This document shows, piece by piece, positions 18,622 to 32,100 of a stretch of DNA of 64,000 bases. The stretch spans positions 192,001 to 256,000 of the forward strand of contig CAVRJY010000004.1 of the NCBI GenBank assembly GCA_963721805.1, written 5' to 3'. The number at the start of each line of letters is the position of its first letter. The first letter of the stretch is position 1. The position numbers and the translations under genes are program-made. The stretch is from Nitrospirota bacterium (GTDB lineage: Bacteria; Nitrospirota; Thermodesulfovibrionia; Thermodesulfovibrionales; JdFR-86). The notes beneath the pieces are model-generated. The model did not search any database, was not told the DNA's origin, and worked only from the letters and a program-made list of their open reading frames with translations.

Positions 18622-19860
18622 TCACATACATTGCCCCTCTCCTTCAGGCGTTGTTCCGACCGTAATCGTTGTGCTTTCAACGGCATTGGCGCTAGTGTTG
18701 ATAATCGACACCGAGTTGCTGCCGGCATTAGAAACATATGCGAAGCCCCCGGAAGGGCTTACCGATACACCGACAGGGGCGAGTCCGACAGAAAGCGGTA
18801 TGCTTATGGCGTAGCTGCTGGTATTGATAACGGATACCGTGCCGTCCCCGGAATTAGTCACGTAGACGTAGGTGCCAGCCGGATTAATCGCAATTCCCCT
18901 TGGACTGCTGAAGCCAACAAGCGTATGGAAGATGGTATTGGTGCTTGTGTCAATAACCGATACCGTGCCATTGTTGTAATTGCCCGTATAAAGATAAGTT
19001 CCGTCCGGATTTATGGCTATCCCGATAGGGCCTGCGCCGACAGAAATCGGAGAACCGGCAACCGTGTCAGTGCTGGTGTCTATTACAGATACCGTGGAGT
19101 CGTCGTAATTGCTTACATAGACTAGGGTGCCTGCCGGGTTAACCGTTACCCCACTGGGAGAGTTGCCGACCGTAACCGTGTTGATAACGGTGTAAGTGGC
19201 AGTGTCCACGACTGACAGCGTACCGTCGTCCACATTGGTGACATAGGCGCGGGTGCCTGCCGGATTTATGGCTACCGCCCTGGGAGAGTTGCCGACCTTA
19301 ACTGTGTTGACGACCTTGTCGGTGTTGGCGTTTATGACTGTCAGCTTGCCACCGTCGGCATAATGGGTGATATAGACAACATTTAGTGCAGGGTTAACCG
19401 CTACTCCCCAAGGCGAAGAACCGACATTAATCGTGTCGACAACAGTGCTGCTGATGGTATCTACAACAGACACCGTACCATCGTCCGCGTTTGGGATGTA
19501 CGCAAACGGGCCGGAGTCACAGTTGACGGCAATGTCTGTCACATTGGCGTTGCTTATCGTGCCTTTGCCGCCACTGACATAGCAATGCTGGCCTGACGGC
19601 TGAGTGCGGACTGAGACAGAGTATGCAGCACCGTTAGAATGCGTGTCTGCAAATGTGAAAGCGCCATTTGTCGTTATGTTGAGGTTGTCGCTCCCGTTGT
19701 CTTGAAGCACCAGTGTGCCACTAAGCCCGCTAACCGTGCCGCCAACTGTATGATTGCCACCAGAGCCGCCAGAGCTACTAGTGCCACAACCCACAAGGCA
19801 TAAAGAGAGTATCAGCCCCCACAGAAGCAATAACAAGCGCGCAAGGTTCTCCCTAGACAT
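18622..19860 (-). CDS. Lipoprotein with Ig-like domain and YVTN beta-propeller
   Basis: Lipobox LVGC. TVGGTVSGLSGTLVLQ..QP..C...C domain. Repeated VGxxPxxVAINPxGTxxYVTN units. Confidence 0.88.
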   Translation of the reverse strand: MSRENLARLLLLLWGLILSLCLVGCGTSSSGGSGGNHTVGGTVSGLSGTLVLQDNGSDNLNITTNGAFTFADTHSNGAAYSVSVRTQPSGQHCYVSGGKGTISNANVTDIAVNCDSGPFAYIPNADDGTVSVVDTISSTVVDTINVGSSPWGVAVNPALNVVYITHYADGGKLTVINANTDKVVNTVKVGNSPRAVAINPAGTRAYVTNVDDGTLSVVDTATYTVINTVTVGNSPSGVTVNPAGTLVYVSNYDDSTVSVIDTSTDTVAGSPISVGAGPIGIAINPDGTYLYTGNYNNGTVSVIDTSTNTIFHTLVGFSSPRGIAINPAGTYVYVTNSGDGTVSVINTSSYAISIPLSVGLAPVGVSVSPSGGFAYVSNAGSNSVSIINTSANAVESTTITVGTTPEGEGQCM

Positions 19861-20114
19861 AGCCACCCCTTCAAAGATGCATAAAGGCCGCATCAGAAAT
19901 TCCGTTGAAGTCCTAAGGACTCCTTCTAGCATCATATTCTTTAGACTGTTTCTTTAAGTCAGGATTCCGTTAGAGCGCTTTTCCAAGATGGCGCCAGCTC
20001 TTTTGCCATCAGTATAGCCGGCACCTGGCCGATACCGTGCACGAATCTGTTCATGCACGGTATCGCAGCCTTGGTGCCATGCCGTTTGATGGTCCACTTA
20101 TCCTCTCGTGCGCC

Positions 20115-23100
20115 TCACCAGGTGATGCTCAACCCGCCCGTCCCGGAATAACTGTAACCGGCACTTGCGTAGTCGTAGTCGAAATTCCCGTACAGCGACA
20201 GGTGCTTGCCGAGCGCCAGGTTTATGCCGACGTTAGAGCGCAAGGAGTCAGCTGGCGGCCGGGCCCCCTGGATCACGAAATCGAACCCGGGCGCTGAAAT
20301 GAACGAACTCTTCATCGACCGGTCACGGTCGAATTCGTGTGCCCAATCGGCGCGCACTAAACCCGACAGGGCCATGCCATGAGGCAGGTCCGTTTTGGCC
20401 TTTAACTGAGCTCCGAGATGACTCTGCAAGGAATTGATCGTGCGGCTATCGTATGACAGGCCGAGCTCGCGAGCCCCTCCCGCCCCAGTCTCCGTGAAGT
20501 CATCGACGTTCAACGATGCGAACTGCAATCCGGCAAAGGGCGTTATCTCAAACGGCTTGATCTGTTCTTTATAACCCGTCTCGAAATTGCCGCTTACGGA
20601 ATAGCCGTTGAACTCCCCGTTCAGATTGTTACTGACGCCCGGGATCGATGCCTGACGACTCTCGTGATTGTCGAAATTATCGTATGCGAGGTCAGCGGTG
20701 GCGTAAAGGTGCTCATACCTTAAAGCTCCATATCCCCCAACGTGCCACGCATCCGCGCTGCCGCTCGTATCGCGGTCAGGCACACTGAAGGTGAAATGGC
20801 TGTTACCGCCGGCGATGCCGGCAATAATGCTCGGCGATACCTGGAAGTCAAGGCCCATATTGAAACCGCTGCCATGCTGACTGGTATCGGCCGCTCCAAC
20901 ATGCGAGTCCCCTTTATAGTCCGAACCGCCTTCGTATCCAGATGACCACATCCTCCAGTTGCGAGGAGATTGCTGCGGCACACTAGCTGAGTCGGTCGCG
21001 GAATCATTCGGGATGTATTGTGCGTACAGCAAATCTTTATCGCCCGACAAAGAATAACCGCTGGGATCTTTCGGATCGCCAGATACCCAGTAGTTAACCC
21101 GATGTGCGATCGAGGTGTGAAAATACTTGTCTGACAAAAAATCTGCCTGTTCAACCGCTGAAACTCCTTCGCCCGAAAGCGAATCGTAAACCAGCCTAAG
21201 CGTCTCCACGTTCGGGATATAGAACAGCTCGGTTGCGATGGGCCGGAAAGCGGGAGACGTCTGAGCGCGCTGAATCCGGTTGATCGCTGAACCGACCGAG
21301 CGCTCGTTTTCCGTCAGGCCCGCAGGCGAATAATCAATCACAGTATTCAGGTCGATGTCTCTCTCGCCCGGGTAGACCAGCGAATAGGTCGCAACCGCTG
21401 TATTCTGCGCCTGCAGAGTTAGTCCATCGTGAGTCTCGCCGCCCGCCGCCGACACCAGAATGTAGTTGTGAGTGCCAGGCAACGCATACCCCGGGGCGGT
21501 CGTCGGGTCGATCAGGTTAATGACTACCGAACCGGAAACATCGGCCGTACCTGTAGCGTTAATACGATCGGTAATCCGGTTTTTCAGGTCGAGATCGACG
21601 CCATATACGGCATTAGCTGTCTGGACGAGGTTCCCGTTAAGGCGGGTCCTGAGCACGCGCTGGAAAGCGCCCGGCGACAGCAACCCCTCGTTCGTCAGCG
21701 TATTGCCTTGGCCGAGATATACGGTGGCGCCTGAATCAAATATCGCGTTCGCATTGTTGTCGAAGGGGTTTGCACCAGTGCCCAGATCCACCGAGCCAAT
21801 GACCAGGCCGTTGTTGCTGATGTGATCGCTGCCGGTGGTGCCGAGGATGGCGAACCCGTCGATGCCCTGCACCGTCGTAATGATGCCGTCGTTGTTGAGC
21901 TGATTATCAGCGCCGCCCAGGATAGAGACGCCGGCGCCCTGTCCGCTGCCGCCATAGACAATGCTCTGCTGCAGCGATGACGCATTGCTGATGTCGACAG
22001 TTATGTCGCCGCCCCCATTGGAGCCGGACGACTGCGCAACGATTCCGATGCTGTCCGCGCCGGGTGCTATGATATTGCCCACGCTGTTGAGAAACACTGC
22101 CCCGCCCGTGCCCGCACCGCCAGCCGTGCCCATGAAGATGTTGTCAACGGCACCCCCTCCACCCCCGATGCTCTGGACGAGCACTCCGATAGAGCGGTCA
22201 CCGTAGACCGTTACATCGCCAGTCTGGTCGATATGGATGTCGCCACCGTTGCCGCTGTTGCCGGAATTGAGAGTCAAGGCGATCTGGCTGGGGTCCATGT
22301 CAGTGAACACCGCTCCACCACCGCCGCCGATGGATTGCACGACCATTCCGTAGGACAACGGACCATAAGTAGTGACATTGCCTATGTTGGAAAGAGTGAT
22401 GTTGCCGCCATTGCCGGAGGTGCCATTCGTGCCGCCAATAGCAATTTGAACGCTGTCAAGCCCCGTCAATGTCATACTTCCGCCGCCACCGCCGATGCTT
22501 TGAAGCATCAACCCCTGAGCCTGCGCGCCGGTTGTGCTCACGTCGCCCGCGTATGTCAAGTTCAGGTTGCCGCCATTGCTTGAGGTCCCATTGACCGCAC
22601 CCAGGCTCGCGGTGCTGGTGGCCAGCGCCGGAGTCATCGCGGTGAAGGAATGTACGGCCGGCGCAATCATCGGCTCTGGGCCGGTGGAAAGCACCGCAGC
22701 CGTCATGGTTGTAGGACTGACGCTCGGCGCAATCCTCGGTGCCGGGACGGTGGCTTGCTCCGCGGTCGTCACGGTGGTGGGATTGACACTCGGCGAAATC
22801 CTCGGTGCCGGAACGCTGGCTTGCTCCGCAGTCGTCGCGGTGGTAGGATTGACACTCGGCGAAATCCTCGGTACCGGAACGCTGGCTTGCTCCGCAGTCG
22901 TCGCGGTGGTAGGATTGACACTCGGCGAAATCCTCGGTGCCGGGACGGTGGCTTGCTCCGCAGGAGCCGGAACCCGGCTCACGTCGACCGTCAGGCTGCC
23001 TCCGCCTCCGCCAATCGATTGGACCGTGGACCCCGTAGACTGGTCGCCCGCGGTGCCGACATTGCCGGTGCGATTCTGAGTCACGCTGCCGCCGCTGCCG

Positions 23101-26100
23101 TTGGAGGAATTCGTCACGCCCAAGGCGAGTTCGAGGTTAACGTTAGCATTGCTATCCACTACGACATTCGATGTCGTGTTGCCGCCGCCGCCGCCGACAG
23201 ACTGCATCAGTGAACCCAGCGACTGCTTGCCACTGGTAAAGAGGTCACCGAGTTGTGTCGCGGAAATGGCGCTGCCGATCGCATTCTCCGCCGCGGTGGC
23301 GCCAAGTTTGATAAGAGAAGTCACCTTCGCCATCGTTGTCTCGCTGGTCCCGGGCAGTTCACTGCCATCGGGGGCGAACTGCGCAGCATGCTGGCTGAAA
23401 TCGAGGAAGAGATCCACGTTGCCGCCGCCGCCGTTTATCGACTGACCCAGCTGCGCCGTGCTGTTGTTGCCAAGCATTTGGATGGTGCCCGTGGAGTTGA
23501 TGATCACGGTTCCGGCCGTGCCCTTTGAGCCGCCACCCAACAGGGTTGAGATGCCTAGATCAGCCGCCATCCAGGCGGGGCTTGTAATGGAGTAGCCCAT
23601 TTTCCCGCCGCCGCCGCCCACGGACTGGGCGAAAATGCCGTAGGAGTCGTCGCCGTGGCTTATTATCGAGCCTGTATTATTGACCACCACGTTGCCGCTG
23701 TTGGCGCCGTCCCCGCCAAAGCCTCCCATCCCGATATTTAGCAGGGTCGACTGAAGGGCGGTCTGCGGATTGGCCAGGATATCGCGCGACAGCGCCATGG
23801 CCATCCCGCCGTCGCCGCCGCCGCCGCCGACGCTTTGCGCGTAGATGCCATACGCCTTCTGACCGTAGACCTCGATGGAACCGTTGTTCGTCACGGTAAC
23901 ATTGCCGGATGAGTTGCCATCGCCGCCGATACCGCCAACTGAGAATACACCGGTCTTGCCGCTTGCGGCTTGGGATGTCGTGGACCCAAGCGCCATAGAG
24001 CCCGAAATGCTCATGCCGCCGATGCCGCCACCCCCGCCGATAGATTCGGCCATGATGCCATGTGCCTTGTCGCCATATGTGGTTATCGAGCCGTCATTGG
24101 TAACTACGACATTACCGCCCGTCCCGCCGTCGCCGCCTGAGCCGCCCAAACTTAAATTGATCGAATTGGCGGTGGACGTGTCGGTTCCTATAGACTTCGT
24201 GTTGGACTTTGTTGTGCTGCCGACGCCGCCGCCCCCGCCTATACTCATCGCCAGAATGCCATAGGCATTCTCGCCCTCGGTGATTATCGTGCCGGAGCCT
24301 GCCGTGCTATTTGTCAGGTTGGAGACCGTGACGTTCCCGGCAGCGCCCCCGGTGCCGCCGGTGCCGCCGATAGCCACGGAAAAAGAATTGCCGCTACTGC
24401 TTCCTTGCACAGACTGATTAACAGATTCTACGTTACTCGCATTGCCGCCGCCGCCACCGACGGATTGAGCAAAGATCCCGACGGAATTAGCGAGTGCGGT
24501 GCCGATCCCGCCGTAATTGGTCACCGTTACGTCTCCGGCCACGGCACCACTGCCACCGGAACCTCCGACCGCGACGGCGATGGTTGTCCCTGAAGTGTCC
24601 GATTTAAAGCTATACAGATTTTCTGTAGCCACTCCGGATATGCCGCCACCGCCACCAATGCTCTGTGCCAGTATAGCGTACGAACTTACGCCATTCGTGA
24701 TGATTATGCCGGTGTTGTCGACCGTGACATCGCCACTCGTCATGCCGCTGCCCCCGTTGCCTCCGACACTGGCTGTAGCACTGAAGGCTGTCGAATCTTT
24801 GACTTTGCCTCCTGAGCTTGCCTCACCGCCGGTACCGCCGCCACCGCCAATGGACTGGGCCAGAATGCCCAGGGAACCATTCCCAGAGGTATGCACGTAC
24901 GCGCTGCTGGTCACATTGACAATGCCGCCAGTCCCGCCAAAGCCGCCGCTGCCGCCCAGGGAGACCGCGGCGGTTGGCGCCGTAAAGTAACCCAAGGTAC
25001 TGGCTGATCCACCATTGCCGCCGCCACCGCCGACGCTTTGCGCAAAGATCGCGTGAGCGCCGACACCATTTGTGATTACAGCGCCCGCCGCATCCAGCGT
25101 GACGTTTCCGGCGCTGCCGCCCTCGCCGCCTTGCAGTCCGACCGAAACGCTATATGACTGGGGCGGCGAATCCTCGCCTCCGTCCGGCGTACCCAGACTC
25201 ATGGAACTGGCAGAGCTGTTGCCGCCGCCATTGCCGAGCGATTGCGCCAGCATGCCGTAGGAACCATCTCCGTGGGTGATGACAATTCCGTCTGAGGAGA
25301 GCGTCACGTCCGAGCCGGAGCCGCCGGTGCCGCCCTCGCGGCCGAGCGAGATGCCAACCTTGCCACCATCATTGAAGGAAGTGGCCATGCTGGTCTGCGT
25401 ATTGCCGCCGCCGCCGCCGATAGACTGGGCCAGGATGCCGTAGGAGTTGCTGCCGAACGTCTCTATGTCGCCCACTTGATGCACATCGACTGCCGCGCCG
25501 TTTCCGCCATCGCCGGTGCCGCCGCCCACCGCCACGTTAAGCCCCATATTCTTCTTGTTTTTACCCTCGTAGGTGACAGCCATGTTCAGGTTGGCATTGC
25601 CGCCGCCGCCGCCGATCGACTGCGCCAATATGCCGTGGCTGCTGTCCTGATAGGTCACGATGTCACTGAAATTGGTCACGTTGGCCACGCCGGAATTGCC
25701 GCCGCTCGCGCCCGAACCTCCTATCGCTATTTGCGCCTCAAAGCCCGCGTCCGTGTTGTCGCTGCCGGCCAAGCTGACTCCGGCGATGAAATTCATACCT
25801 GCGTCGCCACCGCCGCCGCCAATGCTTGAGGCCTCGATCGCGTAGGCGCTGACACCATTCGTGATCACAGCGCCCGTCGCAAGCGATGAGGTGCCACGCG
25901 AGATCGTCGCAGATCCGCCATCGCCGCCGCCCGTACCCGAACCGCCTATCCCGAGGCTGATTGGCGAGCTCTGCTTGGCAAAAACTCCCGTCACGTTCAT
26001 GCCGCCGTTTCCGCCGCCGCCGCCGATGCTTTGCGCAGCCACGCCTCGGGCATCGTCGCCAGTGGTCATCACGGTACCATTTTGCGTTACCGAAACATTG

Positions 26101-29100
26101 CCCGCGTTTGCCCCCAGGCCGCCGTTTCCGCCAATACCGGCCACTATGGATAAATCGGTCTTGCCGCCAGAGTTTGACGAATCAGCCCAGTTGACCTCGC
26201 CGCTGACATTCATTCCGCCAGTGCCGCCGCCACCGGCGATGCTCTGGGCCATGATGCCGTGAACCCAGCTGCCTGAAGTGACTATATTTCCCGTATCGTT
26301 GACCGTGACATCGCCGCTGGCCGCGCCAGCTCCGCCAAAACCGCCGATGCCGACCGTGATCGAAGGCACGCTGCTATCCTTGTTGATGGCAAGTCCGCCG
26401 CTCACATTCAGGCCGCCGTTGCCGCCGCCGCCGCCCAGACTCTGGGCCATGATCCCGGCCGAGCTTTGTTCCTTTGAACTATCCCCTGAATCATACAGAT
26501 CGGCTGCGGCTGTCACCGTCACAGCCTTACCAATGCCGGCATTGGCGCCGAAGCCGCCGACCCCGACGATCAGAGGGGAATCGGTTACTATCCCGCCACT
26601 GACATTCATGCCGCCGTTTCCTCCGCCTCCTCCCGCGCTCTGCGCAAGAATCGCGGAATGCCCGGCTCCGGCGGCATTTATAAATCCACCGCCGGTGACG
26701 GTCACGTCGACCGTGTCGGCATTGCCGCCGCCACCGCCAAATCCGCCTACGCCCACCATGATTCCGTAGGCGTCGTTGGAAGAACTATTGAATGTAAGAG
26801 AAAGAGCTGAACTCACATCGATGCCGCCGTTGCCGCCGCCACCGCCTATCGACTGCGCTACGATGCCGTGCGAACCCGTTCCCCCCGGCACTGTGGGGTT
26901 GGCTTCGATTGAGCCATCGAATGTTACATTAACCTTTCCCGCCGTGCCGCCGCTCCCGCCAAAACCGCCCACGCCTATCGACGCCCCCACCGATTTCGAA
27001 CCTGAACCGGAACCAGCGGAAATATCCAACGAGCCGGTCACATTGGTTCCACCGTTGCCGCCGCCGCCGCCTATCGACTGCGCGAGAAGCCCGTTTGAAT
27101 CGTTGCCGAATGTCAAAACATCGCCGGTTACGTTCAAAGACACATCCCCGGCATTGCCGCCGCCGCCGCCGAAGCCGCCGAGGCCCACACCGATGGCCGC
27201 CCCGCTTTCTCCTGTCAGATTGACCGCTCCCGTAATATCCGTCCCGCCGTTGCCGCCGCCGCCGCCGATTGACTCAGCTACGACCGCAGAGGAATGGTCT
27301 CCTAACGTGACGATCATGTTGTCTGCCGAGGTCGTCACTGTGCTGCTGACATTCCCGGCATTGCCGCCGTCGCCGCCGAAGCCGCCGAGGCCCACGCCCA
27401 GCGTGCCGCCGCCGGTCTTGCTCAAGTTGAAAGCCCCGGTCACATTCAGGCCGCCGTTGCCGCCGCCGCCACCCAGACTCTGGGCGACTATCGCGTCCGA
27501 ATGCGTGCCATAGGTCACGACGCCTCCGGTCACCTGGCTCGCGACCGAATTGCCAGCACCGCCGTTGCCGCCGAAACCGCCTATACCTACGGCCAAGCTG
27601 CCGCTCATATCGGACGCGGTGAGCGCGCCCGTCACATTGAGGCCGCCGTTGCCGCCGCCGCCGCCGAGCGACTGCGCCAGGATGCCGGCCGAATAGTCGC
27701 CGGAAGTCTGCACAAGGCCCGTGAACGTGCTGTTCACCGCCCCGGCAGCGCCTCCTCCGCCTCCAAAGCCGCCGATTCCCACGCCGACCGCGCCAGATCC
27801 CTTGGTCGACAAGGAAACATCTCCGCTGACATTGATGCCGCCATTGCCGCCGCCGCCGCCCACACTTTGCGCCAGCAGGCCGACGGAGTTGCTGTAGCCG
27901 GTCATGATGTTTCCGTTGACGTTCGAAGTGACCGTATCCGCATTACCTCCGGTCCCTGCGCTTCCACCCAAACCGAAACCCAGCGCAGCGCTCCCTTTTT
28001 GCGCAGCGGATATCGCGGCCGAGACATTCATCCCGCCATCGCCGCCGCCGCCACCAAGCGACTGGGCCACGATGCCGGACGCATTCGTGCCGTTGGTCGT
28101 CACGTTGTTATTGACAGTCAGGTTCACCGTGGAGCCGTTGCCGCCTCCGCCGCCGCTTCCGCCAAGACCGACTGCCATTGAAACGCTGGCCGCACCCGCA
28201 CCGGAAAATCCCGCTGAGACATCAAAACCGCCGTTGCCGCCGCCGCCGCCAAGCGACTGGGCCAATATGCCTCCAGAGGAATTACCCGTCGTCGTAACGT
28301 CGTCGCTCGTGGAGGCGTGGACCGCACCGCCGTCGCCGCCGCCGTCGCCGCTTCCGCCGAGACCGACAGTCACAGTACCGCTGGCTGAAGGAGCACCGGA
28401 AAGTCCCGCGGAGACATTAAAGCCGCCATTGCCGCCGCCGCCACCGATCGACTGCGCGACAAAGCCGGTGGAATTGTCCCCAAACGTATTAATCGTACCA
28501 GTCGAAGAAGCATTGACTATGCCGCCGTTGCCACCGCCTGCGCCACTGCCACCGAGGCCAACGGAAATCGCGGCGCTGGCGCTTTCTGATCCCGAAAGTC
28601 CGGCAGATACATTGTAGCCGCCGTTGCCTCCGCCGCCACCGATCGACTGCGCGACAAAGCCGGTGGAATTGTCCCCAACCGTAACAATCGTACCAGTCGA
28701 GGCAGCGTTGACGATGCCACCGGCGCCTCCGCCTGCGCCACTGCCTCCCAGGCCAACAGTAACCGCGGCGCTGGCATCCCCTGCCGCCGAAAGTCCGGCA
28801 GATACATTGAAGCCACCGTTGCCGCCGCCACCCCCGACAGATTGCACAAGAATGCCGCTGGAGTACTGGCCGGACGTAATCACATCAGATTGAAGGTCAG
28901 CCGTGGCCGCTCCACCGTTGCCGCCACCGCCGCCACTGCCGCCAAGTCCAACGTTTACCGCCCCTCCTGCATCACCGGAAATGGCGATCCCGGCTACGAT
29001 GGAGTAGCCACCGTTGCCGCCGCCGCCGCCAAGCGACTGCACCAGGATTCCCGTGGAACTGTCGCCCGATGTGCGGATGGTTCCCGCACGCGTAGTGGCC

Positions 29101-32100
29101 GCCACCTGGCCGCCCTGACCGCCGCCTGCGCCGCTTCCGCCAAGACCGACCGCCACCGAACCGCTGGCCGTACCCGAACCGGCAAGTCCCGCGGAGACAT
29201 CAAAGCCGCCGTTGCCGCCGCCGCCGCCCACTGACTGGGCCAATATGCCTCCAGAGGAATTACCCGTCGTCGTAACGTCGCCACTCTTAAACGCGTAGAC
29301 CGCACCGCCGTTGCCGCCGCCTGCGCCGCTTCCGCCAAAACCAACGGCAAGCGAACCGCTGGCTTCACCCGCGCCGGAAAGTGCCGCGGAGACATTATAG
29401 CCGCCATTGCCGCCGCCGCCACCTATTGACTGCGCGACGAAACCGGTGGAATTGTCCCCCATCGTAACAATCGTACCGATCGAAGAAGCGTTGACGCCGC
29501 CGCCTGCGCCGCCGCCTGCGCCCTTGCCTCCCAAGCCGACGGATACCGCGGCGCTGCCGACTCCTGATCCATCAAGTCCGGCAGCTACATCGTAGCCGCC
29601 GTTGCCGCCGCCGCCACCGACAGATTGCACAAGAATGCCGCTGGAGTTCTGGCCGGTCGTCATAACATTAGATTGGAGGTCAGCCGTGACCGCTCCACCT
29701 GCTCCGCCACCGTCACCTTTGCCGCCAAGTCCAACGTCAACCGATCCTGCCGACCCTCCGCCAATGGCGCCCCCGGCCGCGATGGAGTAACCACCGTTGC
29801 CGCCGCCGCCGCCGACCGACTGCACCAGGATCCCCGTGGAACTGTCGCCCGATGTGCTGATGGTTCCCGCACGCGTAGCAGCCGTCACCTGGCCGCCCTG
29901 GCCGCCATTGCCGCCTTCTCCCCCGATAGACACCCCAATCGTGCCGGCGGCATCACCAGAGAGGGCAAGTTCAGCGGCTATCGATCCGCCGCCGTTGCCA
30001 CCGCCGCCGCCCACTGATTGAACCAGCAGGCCGGTGGACTGCTCCCCCTCTGTCATAATATTCCCCTGCATGCCCACCTGAACCGTTCCACCATCGCCGC
30101 CGCTGCCACCTTTGCCACCGAGGCCGACAGAGATGGAGCCGCTGAAAAACTCTGAACCGCTTCCGCTGGCTGAAACTGCCAGCCCGCCGTTGCCGCCGCC
30201 GCCGCCGACGCTCTCCGCCAGAAAACCAGTGGACCGGTCGCCAGTGGTCTCAATGTTTCCGTCAAATCCTGTGCTAGTTAAAATGCCCGAGCCATTGAAA
30301 GCGCCTACAGTGACATTGCCGCCCTTGCCACCGCTGCCGCCACTGCCGCCAACCGTCACAGAGAGCCCTGCCGCAACCGGCCCCGCAGCAACGGCCGCGG
30401 CTACCGCGTAGCCGCCGTTGCCACCGCCACCGCCCACGCTCTGCAGCATAACACCTGTCGCATCCTGCCCGGCCGTATCGATAATGCTGGATCCCGCGCC
30501 TTTCGTCATCGTGACCACTCCGCCGTCACCACCACTACCACCCTGTCCGCCCACCGCGATGGAAGCATCACCGCCGAAGCCTACCGACGCCGATATGGTG
30601 CCGCCACCGGCGCCACCACCGCCTCCCACGGACTGCGCGAAGAGACCGATCGAACGGTCGCCTGAGGTACTGATAAGCGAGGCGGGACCGGCAGCCTGAC
30701 CCTGTAAGGTCACGTTGACATCGCCTCCGGCGCCGCCGCCACCACCCTCCCCGCCCACCGCGACGCTCGCAAAGGCCCCCGCTGCAATCGCGGTGCCGCC
30801 ACTGCCGCCTCCGCCACCGATGGACTGCGCCAGGATGCCGGTCGCGTCTGAGCCTTGCGTCTCGATGACACCACCCTGAGTAATGCTGACCAATGCGCCA
30901 GTGCCGCCGCCAGCCCCGCTTCCGCCGATATCGATCATACCGCCCGAGGAGCCGCCGTCGCCGCCGCCACCGCCGATGCTCTGGGCCACTATGCCGCGTG
31001 CACCGTTGCCGTTGGTGAAGATGGATCCGTAATTTTCTACAATGACCGCCCCGCCATTGCCTGCAACAGCTCCGCTGCCGCCTATCGCGACCAGACCGCC
31101 GGCCTCGGAACCGCCGCCGCCGCTGCCCCCGATGCTCTGGGCAAGTATGCCGTCGGACGATACTCCATTGGTGAATATCACACCAGTACTGTTATTCGTG
31201 ACATGCACGGCGCTGGAAAAGCCGCCGCTGGAGCCGGACCCGCCAAGCGCAATAAGCCCTCCGCTGGTGCCGCCGATGCCGCCGCCGCCGCCGATGCTCT
31301 GTGCCACGATACCGTCAGCATGAGCTCCCATTGTGGTTATATGGCCATTGTTGGTTACGGTGACAATACCGCCATTACCGCCGTTGTCAGCGCTGCCCAC
31401 CAGGGCCAGCAGTAAATTGCCTGACGTGCCGGACGAGCCTCCCGAGCCCCCGATGCTTTGAGCCACAATGCCGTGCGCATAATCTCCGCTGGTGTAGATG
31501 ACACCGGTGGCTTCGTTGGTGACGCTGACTGTCCCTCCGCTGCCTCCATAACCGCCAGAGCCGCTTTCACCTACAAGACCCCAGGTGTCGCCACCGCTGC
31601 CGCCATTATTGCTCTCGCTCAGGGCATAAATACCATAGGCGCCGGCACCCGAGGTGGTAATGGTGCCATAGTTGTCCACCGTGACAGCGCCGCCGTCACT
31701 GGAATGTCCACCTGTACCCCCTCCCGGTGCGACATACCCGCTGCCGCCGTTGCCTGCCTGTCCGCCTATGCTGTAGGCATAGATGCCATACATGTTGTCA
31801 CCGGTAGTGGCGACCGTTATGTTGGGATTATTCGTATTCGTTACAGTAACAGTTCCTCCAGCACCGCCGTTGCCGCCAGCCGCGCCGGGCCAGAACGATA
31901 AATAGCTATTCCCGCCATTTCCTCCGGAGCCGCCGATGCTTCCGGCCTCGATGCCGATTTGGTCAATTGTCGAAATATTGGTATAGTTGGAGTAATTTAC
32001 CGTGGGACCGGGGTCTCCGTTTCCGCCGGACGTGGGCGGCCAGAAAAGCGCGCCAGCACTGCCATTGGAACCTCCCGCACCAACGCCGACGATGCTTACT

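Noticed and set aside
20006..20092. Integron attC site
   Set aside because: No RYYYAAC/GTTRRRY boxes at the ends, no intI, no cassette array.
21990..31950. CRISPR-like or DGR-like repeat array (recurring gccgccgccgcc...gactg)
   Set aside because: Repeats are degenerate at third codon positions and encode Gly motifs within one ORF; no cas or reverse transcriptase genes.
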